Shown here: one piece after another, positions 56,946 to 64,000 of the stretch
Numbering within the stretch: the stretch's first letter is position 1
How the letters are laid out: every line of letters begins with the position of its first letter
Origin: Alphaproteobacteria bacterium
GTDB taxonomy: Bacteria; Pseudomonadota; Alphaproteobacteria; Micropepsales; Micropepsaceae
Length of the DNA stretch: 64,000 nucleotides
NCBI GenBank assembly: GCA_017308375.1
Contig: JAFKEW010000008.1
Span: 2,665 to 66,664 of the forward strand
Direction: 5' to 3'
Position numbers and translations under genes: made by a program
The notes under the pieces: generated by a model
What the model was told of the DNA's origin: nothing
Seen by the model: the letters and a program-made list of their open reading frames with translations, nothing else
Databases searched by the model: none

Positions 56946-57422
56946 ATGACATTTGACAAGAAAGCCTTCCGCCACGCACTGGGCGCGTTTCCAACCGGTG
57001 TTGCCGTGATCACCGCCAGTGGGGGGGGCGAGCATATCGGTATTACGGTGAATTCCTTCGGCTCCGTCTCGCTGGAGCCGCCGTTGGTGATGTGGTGTAT
57101 CGACAAGAAATCTGACCGTTATCATATCTTTACCAAGGCGCCTGCCTTTACGATCAGCATCCTGGGCACAAAGCATGAAGCGGTTTCCTCACGGCTTGCC
57201 AAGCAGGGGGAACACAGGCTCGACGGGATTGAACTGATGGGCACTGAACTGGGGCCGCCTGCGCTGGCTGATTCCCTCTCGGTGTTCGAGTGTGAGCGTT
57301 TTGCCGTGCATGAAGCGGGCGACCACGCGATTCTGATCGGTCATGTGCTCCGCTTTCATTGTCATGAGGCTGGGCCGCCGCTCGTCTTTTTTGGCGGCCG
57401 CTATGGCGCTCTCGCCGGATAG
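56946..57422 (+). CDS. flavin reductase family protein
   Basis: FRHALGAFPTGVAVITA...GITVNSFGSVSLEPPLVMWCI matches the flavin reductase-like FMN-binding domain. Confidence 0.85.
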   Translation: MTFDKKAFRHALGAFPTGVAVITASGGGEHIGITVNSFGSVSLEPPLVMWCIDKKSDRYHIFTKAPAFTISILGTKHEAVSSRLAKQGEHRLDGIELMGTELGPPALADSLSVFECERFAVHEAGDHAILIGHVLRFHCHEAGPPLVFFGGRYGALAG

Positions 57423-57483
57423 ATTTGAAAAGATAACGCCGCCGGGTGACCCCGGCGGCGTCCAGTTCGCGCTGGGAGGGGGA

Positions 57484-58785
57484 TTACCAGCGCACTTGTC
57501 CGAACAGGCCGATTTCGTCGTAGGTCCCGTTTGAGCCGAGCGCCTGGGCCAGGCCGCCAATCGTGCCATTGGACGTGCTGAGGAAGCCGTTGTCCGCCTT
57601 GTCACGCTTGTAGACGAGGGCGAAGTCCACGATCTTTGCCGGGCTGTAGGAAATGCCGACGTTGAAATAATTGTCTTTCAACGGCGCGTTGACGTCGCGG
57701 CTGGGTTTGATCCAGTCATAGCGTCCAAACACCGACCATTGCGGTGCGAGTTTATACGATCCGAAGAACGAGAAACCGTCCGCGCTATCCGACGCCACCG
57801 TCGTGACGTTATTCCAGTTGTTGGCCAGGAAATATTCGATACCAACGCGCACGATGTCATTTGTATATGCGGCAATGGCGTTGAAACGCGTCGCCGTGTG
57901 CGTTGCGGATATACCCTCGACGTCCTTACCCAGTTTGCCGACATAGCCGCCGAGACCAATGGTGAAATCGTCGATATTCGCGTTGACGCGACCTTCGACA
58001 TCGATTCCGTTAGACCGGAAGGGTTTCTTGTACCCGGCACCGTCAACCGCCGAAATCGCGTAGTTGATGACGCCATCATAAAGTTTGCCGGAGAAGTGTA
58101 CGCCCCAGTCGGCGGAGGTACCGAATTTTGTCCGGTCGATCAGCGTGTTTTCAATATAGCGGTAGCCATAGAGATCTTCCGCGAAGGGAACCCATGGCAA
58201 ATCGGCGGCGCCAAGGCGGAATACAGCCGCATCGGACAGCTTGGCCTGCAAATAGGCCTTTTTCAGATATAACTGTGTCGCAGAGGCCGGACCGCTGTCA
58301 TAGGTGAAATCGGTGGTCAGGTTCGCAGAGAATACGTCGTCGAATTTGTGGTCCACGCCAAGGTAGAACCGCTTGATATCGAAGCTGGTTCCATTGGCCG
58401 CCTGGCCTACGTGGTCGCGGCTCTGGCTGACATTCGTGATGTTGTAATACATGCGACCGCTGATTTTGGTGTCGTTCCACCAGCCGCTTGCGGTAGACTT
58501 TGCCGCCGCTGCCTGTTCGTAAACTTGGCTCTGTAGTGCTTCGAACTGTGCCGCGGTGACCTGAGGCTCGGCAGGTGCCTGTGCCGCTGCCGGCGCGCTG
58601 GTTTCGCCGGACAACTGCGTGCGCAGCGAGTGAATTTCATTCTGCTGGTCGCGCACGGTCCGCTCCATGCGTTCGAGGCGCTGCTCCAGCGTTTCGCGGT
58701 GTTTCTTCGGTGCGTCTTGCCCCAGTGCGGGCCCCACCAACGCGACGCAGGCCGCCGCACCCAACAAGATTGTCTTCATTTTCAT
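57484..58785 (-). CDS. outer-membrane porin with N-terminal coiled-coil segment (OprO/P-like family guess)
   Basis: Signal peptide, then LEQRLERMERTVRDQQNEIHSLRTQL, then a Tyr/Gly/Asn-rich beta-strand pattern ending GLFGQVRW. Confidence 0.75.
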   Translation of the reverse strand: MKMKTILLGAAACVALVGPALGQDAPKKHRETLEQRLERMERTVRDQQNEIHSLRTQLSGETSAPAAAQAPAEPQVTAAQFEALQSQVYEQAAAAKSTASGWWNDTKISGRMYYNITNVSQSRDHVGQAANGTSFDIKRFYLGVDHKFDDVFSANLTTDFTYDSGPASATQLYLKKAYLQAKLSDAAVFRLGAADLPWVPFAEDLYGYRYIENTLIDRTKFGTSADWGVHFSGKLYDGVINYAISAVDGAGYKKPFRSNGIDVEGRVNANIDDFTIGLGGYVGKLGKDVEGISATHTATRFNAIAAYTNDIVRVGIEYFLANNWNNVTTVASDSADGFSFFGSYKLAPQWSVFGRYDWIKPSRDVNAPLKDNYFNVGISYSPAKIVDFALVYKRDKADNGFLSTSNGTIGGLAQALGSNGTYDEIGLFGQVRW

Positions 58786-58935
58786 AGCGTCCCCGCTCGA
58801 TGACCGCAGTCGGCTGCGGTGTCCGGCGCGCCTGTGTTTGGCGGCCAGCGGGGTCGTAACGGCCGCCTGTTTCAGCGGAGAGACAGTTACATGACGGATT
58901 TGCGATAGAGATCGATATTGACATTATTCTTATAA

Positions 58936-59024
58936 AGGAATATTTACTGTATTAAACGGGCAGACAGAAAGCAGCAGCAGCACTGATGGTTATTTTTTGT
59001 CATTTGAATACTGAACATATTCCT
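58936..59024. repeat. imperfect ~21-nt inverted repeat flanking a 46-nt spacer that contains (GCA)4, in an AT-rich intergenic region
   Basis: Left arm aggaatatttactgtattaaa (58936-58956). The right arm tttgaatactgaacatattcct (59003-59024) has reverse complement aggaatatgttcagtattcaaa. agcagcagcagca lies at about 58970-58982. Confidence 0.6.
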
Positions 59025-59115
59025 CTTACTTGATCGCTACTTTTTTGTAACATTTGATATAGTCCTTGACGTGATAATAACGTGGCTTATCTTATCGCAC
59101 ATTAAGTTGACGCTG

Positions 59116-59580
59116 ATGGACAATTCTCTCGACCGCGATTTGATGATCGTGCTGCATGACGTGGCACGGCTGCTGCGCACGCGTTTTGATCAGCGCGCCC
59201 GCGAGCACGGAATGACGCGCGCGCAATGGGTCATCCTCGCGCGCCTGGATCGTCAACCGGGTATCTCTCAAAACGAGATGGCTGCGCTGTGCGAGGTGGA
59301 ACCGATAACGATCGGACGCCTGGTGGATAGACTTGAGGCCCGGGGCCTCGTCGAACGCCGGCATGATCCGACCGACAGACGCATCCGCCGTCTGCATCTT
59401 CTTCCGGCGGCCCGCCCGCTCCTGGAAGAGATTTCGCATTACCGCATAGAAGCGAACGAGGAGATGTTGGCCGATGTACCGCCCGAGACACGGGAGGCCA
59501 TCATCGACACATTGCTGGCTATGAAAGAAAAGCTCACGACGAACGAAAACAACTCGAAACTCGCTGAGGCCGGAGAATAA
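59116..59580 (+). CDS. MarR family transcriptional regulator
   Basis: GMTRAQWVILARLDRQPGISQNEMAALCEVEPITIGRLVDRLEARGLVERRHDPTDRRIRRL. The start was set at the ATG at 59116. Confidence 0.85.
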   Translation: MDNSLDRDLMIVLHDVARLLRTRFDQRAREHGMTRAQWVILARLDRQPGISQNEMAALCEVEPITIGRLVDRLEARGLVERRHDPTDRRIRRLHLLPAARPLLEEISHYRIEANEEMLADVPPETREAIIDTLLAMKEKLTTNENNSKLAEAGE

Positions 59581-59583
59581 CAG

Positions 59584-60720
59584 ATGGCTGCGATCGATAC
59601 CGATACGGTCAGAACGTACAGACGGGTCTCCACCGGATTCCGCCCGCGTGAGGTTTTGGCAAATCTTTGGGCGGATAAGGCACGCCTTCGCCGCGTCCTG
59701 ATGATCTGGGGCGTGGCAATCGTGGCCGGTGTCGCATTGGTGACCTATCTTACCGGGGGGCGCTATGTCGGCACTGACGACTCCTATATCCGTGCCGCGA
59801 AGCTGATGGTCTCGACCGACGTGTCGGGGCTTGTGGAAAGCGTCAATGTTCACCAGGGGCAGCACGTCAAGAAGGGCGACATTCTCTTCGATCTCGACAA
59901 AAAGCCGTTTGAGATTGCCGTTGCCAATGCGCAAGCCGCCGTAGAACAGGCCCGGCTCCAGGTGGAATCGCAGAAAGCCACCTATCGCCGTGATCTGGAA
60001 CAGGTCAAGGCGCAGCAGGCGCAAGTCAACCTCGACCGGGTAACGTTCGAGCGTTACGCAAATCTGGTCAAGGAGAACGCGATCGCGCGTACGACATACG
60101 ACCAGGCACATATGGCCTATCTGTCATCCGCCAGCACACTGGATTCTTTGAAGCAGGCAGCGGATGTCGATCTCGCCAAGCTGAATGGCAACCCCAATCT
60201 CCCGGCTGAACAATCACCGGACTACATGAAGGCCATGGCCCAGCTTGACGAAATGAAACGCCAGCTCAGCCATGCGACGGTTCGTGCGCCATTCGATGGT
60301 GTTGTGACGGAAGTGGATTCTCTCCAGCCGGGTACGCTGGTCATTTCCGCGATGTCGGCGTTTTCCACCACCAGCGCCGTCGGCCTCGTCTCCGATCAGG
60401 ATATCTGGGTGGAAGCGAATATGAAGGAAACCGACCTGACGCACGTTCACGCCGGCCAGCCGGTGGAAATTACGATCGACACCTATCCAGGCAGAACATG
60501 GAAAGGCGTGGTGCAATCGATCAGTGCCGCCAGCGGGTCGGCCTTTTCACCGCTTCCTGCGGAAAATGCGTCCGGGAACTGGGTCAAGGTTGTCCAGCGC
60601 ATACCGGTTCGTATCGCCATCGGGCGCGCACAGGGTGGTCCCGTATTGCGGGCCGGTATGAGCACATATGTCTCGATCGATACCGGCCATCGCCGTTGGT
60701 ACAGGCTTTTGAATAACTAG
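59584..60720 (+). CDS. HlyD family efflux periplasmic adaptor (EmrA-like)
   Basis: N-terminal TM helix, lipoyl-like hairpin (VNVHQGQHVKKGDILFDLD), a long coiled coil, and VRAPFDGVVT. Confidence 0.9.
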   Translation: MAAIDTDTVRTYRRVSTGFRPREVLANLWADKARLRRVLMIWGVAIVAGVALVTYLTGGRYVGTDDSYIRAAKLMVSTDVSGLVESVNVHQGQHVKKGDILFDLDKKPFEIAVANAQAAVEQARLQVESQKATYRRDLEQVKAQQAQVNLDRVTFERYANLVKENAIARTTYDQAHMAYLSSASTLDSLKQAADVDLAKLNGNPNLPAEQSPDYMKAMAQLDEMKRQLSHATVRAPFDGVVTEVDSLQPGTLVISAMSAFSTTSAVGLVSDQDIWVEANMKETDLTHVHAGQPVEITIDTYPGRTWKGVVQSISAASGSAFSPLPAENASGNWVKVVQRIPVRIAIGRAQGGPVLRAGMSTYVSIDTGHRRWYRLLNN

Positions 60721-60740
60721 CGTCGAACAAGGCACTTCAC

Positions 60741-62288
60741 ATGAGAGTCGGCGCCGGATACTCGGCAGAAACATACGATAAGTTCGCGCTTCGCGTTGTT
60801 TTGATCTGTTCGATGGCCGGCGTCTTCATGCAGGCCCTGGATTCCACCATTGCCAACGTCGCGCTGCCCTATATGCAGGGCAGCTTGTCAGCTTCACGCG
60901 ATCAGGTGACGTGGGTTCTCACGTCTTACATCGTCGCCGCGGCAATCATGACGGCGCCCGTGGGTTGGCTGGCTTCCCGCTTTGGCAAGAAGAATGTCGC
61001 GGTTGTCAGTCTTGCCGGTTTCACGATCGCCTCCATGCTGTGTGGCGCAGCGCAATCGTTGACCGAGATCGTCATCTTCCGGTTGTTGCAGGGCATGTTT
61101 GGCGCGGCGCTTAGCCCGTTATCACAGGCCATCATGCTGGATCTTTATCCCCCGTCGAAGCGCGGATCCATTATGGCGATCTGGGGGATGGGTGTGATGC
61201 TCGGCCCCATACTTGGTCCGACATTGGGTGGCTACCTCACCGATATGTATAGCTGGCGCTGGGTATTCTATGTGAACGTTCCGTTTGGAATTGCTGCGGT
61301 GACCGGAATTGCGCTCTTCTTCAAGGATTCCGCGCGTGACGAAACCATGCGGTTTGATTGGTTTGGGTTTTCGTTGCTGGCATTGGGGCTTGGCGCTCTG
61401 CAACTGATGCTGGATCGCGGCACGAGCAAGAGCTGGTTCGATTCGGGCGAGATCATCATAGAGGCCGTGCTTGCCGGGCTTTGTCTGTATCTTTTCCTTG
61501 TTCAGATGATCACGGCCAAGGAGCCGTTTATTCCTCGCGCGCTGTTCCTGGATCGCAATCTCGTCTCGTCGCTTCTCCTGATGTTTATTACGGGCGCCAT
61601 TCTGGTGGCGAGTTCTGCTTTGCTGCCGCCTTATCTTCAGGATCTCGGCGGCTACTCGGTATTCGATTCAGGCCTTCTGATGGTCCCACGCGGTTTTGGC
61701 ACCATGATTGCCATGATGTTCGCAGGGCGAATGGCTTTGCGGATCGAGCCGCGACTTCTCATTGGCGGTGGGATTGTCCTGCTCATCTGGTCTATGTGGG
61801 AGATGTCGGGTTGGCTGCCCAGTATCAATACGTGGGATCTGATTATTGTCACGTTCATTCAGGGTATCGGTATGGGTTTTGTGTTTGTACCGATGAATCT
61901 GATCGCGTTTGCGAGCCTCGATCAGCGATTGCGTACTGATGGAACGGCCATTTTGAGTCTTATGCGAAATGTCGGGTCGGCGATTGGCATTTCAACGACG
62001 ACTTACGTTTTGACCAGTACGATGCAGATCAGCCATGCAGACCTTGCGGCGCACGTTACGCCGTTCAATCGTGCGCTTGGCGTAAATGCACAAAGTCTGT
62101 TCTGGAATCCGCAATTGCCGTTCGGTCTGGCGCAGATCGACGGCGTGATCCAGCAGAATGCGGCGGCTATCGCTTACTCAAACGATTTCCTGTTCATGTT
62201 TTTCATCTCGATCCCGGCAATTTTTGTCGTCATGTTCATGCGGAAAGTTGACCTCTCGCCGGATATGGCAGCAGAGGTGGTGGAATGA
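60741..62288 (+). CDS. DHA2 family MFS efflux transporter (EmrB/QacA-like, 14 TM)
   Basis: FMQALDSTIANVALPYMQGSL, LSQAIMLD and WRWVFYVNVPFG are typical DHA2 motifs. Confidence 0.9.
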   Translation: MRVGAGYSAETYDKFALRVVLICSMAGVFMQALDSTIANVALPYMQGSLSASRDQVTWVLTSYIVAAAIMTAPVGWLASRFGKKNVAVVSLAGFTIASMLCGAAQSLTEIVIFRLLQGMFGAALSPLSQAIMLDLYPPSKRGSIMAIWGMGVMLGPILGPTLGGYLTDMYSWRWVFYVNVPFGIAAVTGIALFFKDSARDETMRFDWFGFSLLALGLGALQLMLDRGTSKSWFDSGEIIIEAVLAGLCLYLFLVQMITAKEPFIPRALFLDRNLVSSLLLMFITGAILVASSALLPPYLQDLGGYSVFDSGLLMVPRGFGTMIAMMFAGRMALRIEPRLLIGGGIVLLIWSMWEMSGWLPSINTWDLIIVTFIQGIGMGFVFVPMNLIAFASLDQRLRTDGTAILSLMRNVGSAIGISTTTYVLTSTMQISHADLAAHVTPFNRALGVNAQSLFWNPQLPFGLAQIDGVIQQNAAAIAYSNDFLFMFFISIPAIFVVMFMRKVDLSPDMAAEVVE

Positions 62289-63166
62289 TGAAACTGGCAT
62301 TCATTGGACTTGGTGTGATGGGCTATCACATGGCCGGCCATCTGAAGGGGGCTGGCCATGACGTCACGGTTTTCAATCGCACGCGGGCGAAAGCCGAAGC
62401 TTGGGTAGCCACATTTGGCGGACGGCTCGCGGTCACGCCTGCTGAAGCTGCTTCGACCGCAGATTTGGTTTTCGCCTGTGTTGGGCGTGACGACGATGTG
62501 CGCGCGGTTACGACAGGGTCAAATGGGGCGTTCGCTGCGATGCGGCGTGGTGCCGTGTTTGTAGACCACACCACCGCGTCGGCAGCAGTGGCGCGCGAAT
62601 TGGCTGATCGTGCACAAGCGGGCGGACTTGGGTTTGTCGATGCACCGGTTTCGGGTGGGGAACAGGGCGCGAAAAACGGTAAGCTCACCATTATGTGCGG
62701 CGGGGCGGCTGCCGACTACGCGAAAGCGGAGCCGGTTATGTCTGTTTATGCACGGCAATGCAGGCTTTTGGGATCGGCCGGTTCCGGTCAACTCGCCAAA
62801 ATGGTCAATCAGATCTGCATTGCGGGTTTGGTGCAGGCGTTGGCGGAAGGGCTGAGCTTCGCACGCGCCGCCGGGCTCGACGCAGAAGCTGTGATCGATG
62901 TGATCTCCAAAGGCGCCGCACAGTCCTGGCAAATGGAAAATCGCTACAAGACGATGCTTGCGGGCGAATACGATCATGGATTTGCCGTCGAATGGATGCG
63001 TAAGGACCTTGGCATTGTGCTGGACGAAGCGCGGCGGAACGAAGCGGCGCTTCCGGTTACCGCGCTGGTAGATCAATTTTATGCGGAAGTGGAACAAATG
63101 GGCGGGCAACGCTGGGATACATCGAGCTTGCTTGCTCTTCTTGATCGTAAAAGGAGGGGTGGCTGA
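62285..63166 (+). CDS. NAD(P)-dependent oxidoreductase, 3-hydroxyisobutyrate dehydrogenase / 6-phosphogluconate dehydrogenase-like family
   Basis: KLAFIGLGVMGYHMAGHL, DAPVSGG, and GSGQLAKMVNQ. The start overlaps the transporter stop. Confidence 0.88.
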   Translation: MMKLAFIGLGVMGYHMAGHLKGAGHDVTVFNRTRAKAEAWVATFGGRLAVTPAEAASTADLVFACVGRDDDVRAVTTGSNGAFAAMRRGAVFVDHTTASAAVARELADRAQAGGLGFVDAPVSGGEQGAKNGKLTIMCGGAAADYAKAEPVMSVYARQCRLLGSAGSGQLAKMVNQICIAGLVQALAEGLSFARAAGLDAEAVIDVISKGAAQSWQMENRYKTMLAGEYDHGFAVEWMRKDLGIVLDEARRNEAALPVTALVDQFYAEVEQMGGQRWDTSSLLALLDRKRRGG

Positions 63167-63744
63167 TGGATGCGGCACCGAGACGATATCACCATGGGGA
63201 CCTTCGCAACGCGTTGCTGGAGTCGGCGAGGGCGTTGCTCGAGGAGGACATCTCTGCGCTGAGCCTGCGCGCAGTTGCGCGCCGTGCTGGCGTAAGCCAT
63301 GCCGCGCCGTATCGCCATTTTTCCAACCATGAAGCTCTGTTGGTTGAACTGGCCAAAGAAGGCTTTATGGAATTGCGGACTGAAATCGCCAACGCATCCG
63401 TAACGCGCAACTTTGAAACCGACCGGATTACGACAATCGGCGCGGCTTACGTACGCTTTGTGGCGCGCCGTCCGGCGCTGGCGCGATTGATGTTCGGGCC
63501 GCAATTGCCCAACCGCGAAAAATTCCCGGAATTGGGGGAGGCCGCGGATGGTGTCGGCACGGAAATCGGCCGGGCATTGCAGGACGCCGCTGCCGGTCTC
63601 GCCGTCTGGGCCGCGATCCATGGCCTTGCAATGTTGATCCTGGAAAACGTGATCGATCTCGGTCAGCGCCGCGCGGGCCTTGACGTATTACCGTCACGGG
63701 CTGAGATCGTTTTGCGAAGTCTGTTTGCGGTCGAGCGGACCTGA
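63166..63744 (+). CDS. TetR family transcriptional regulator
   Basis: LLEEDISALSLRAVARRAGVSHAAPYRHFSNHEALL. The ATG overlaps the upstream stop (TGATG). Confidence 0.85.
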   Translation: MDAAPRRYHHGDLRNALLESARALLEEDISALSLRAVARRAGVSHAAPYRHFSNHEALLVELAKEGFMELRTEIANASVTRNFETDRITTIGAAYVRFVARRPALARLMFGPQLPNREKFPELGEAADGVGTEIGRALQDAAAGLAVWAAIHGLAMLILENVIDLGQRRAGLDVLPSRAEIVLRSLFAVERT

Positions 63745-63755
63745 ACCGGTTTGCC

Positions 63756-64000
<245 letters not shown>

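Overview
High-GC alphaproteobacterial chromosomal segment. The gene order resembles a Hyphomicrobiales/Rhizobiales-type core genome: trpD'-trpG, trpE-ppiD, tpiA, secG-pyrG, kdsA, eno-ftsB-pdhA-pdhB-pdhC-lpd, SCO/PCuAC copper chaperones, msrA-ggt, nadK-moaA, glpK, metG, bpt, motB, hemB'. I call about 62 protein-coding genes, one tRNA-Thr(UGU), several hairpin terminators and a set of short repeats and candidate operators. I saw no rRNA, CRISPR array, transposase, integrase, phage gene or recognisable defence gene. More accessory-looking stretches are 35.3-50.9 kb and 57.5-63.7 kb. The first holds an aldolase, an orphan CoxL-like Mo-enzyme, a diiron/SDR/LLM operon, a glycan-synthase cassette, a cupredoxin+FTR1 iron permease and a Sel1 protein. 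The second holds a porin plus a MarR-EmrAB-dehydrogenase-TetR operon that looks lower in GC by eye. Main leads: (1) a three-gene cassette of a QxxRW processive glycosyltransferase with a T2SSE_N-like N-terminal domain, a polytopic membrane protein and an outer-membrane beta-barrel, behind a perfect TTAA-N7-TTAA box. (2) Two receiver-domain proteins with a Y-x-G-P-[DC]-R-R-R tail that resembles Cle-type c-di-GMP-binding CheY-like proteins; one is paired with an Hpt protein and the other has an Asp->Glu acceptor site. (3) A ferritin-like diiron / SDR / long-LLM operon with no obvious known pathway. (4) Three genes (kdsA, the glycosyltransferase, a TetR-HTH/Sel1 pair) interrupted by internal deletion plus frameshift, which is either real gene decay or an assembly artefact. 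(5) Several phased or tandem short repeats in intergenic DNA. All functional calls rest on motif recognition from the translated ORFs. No database search was run.
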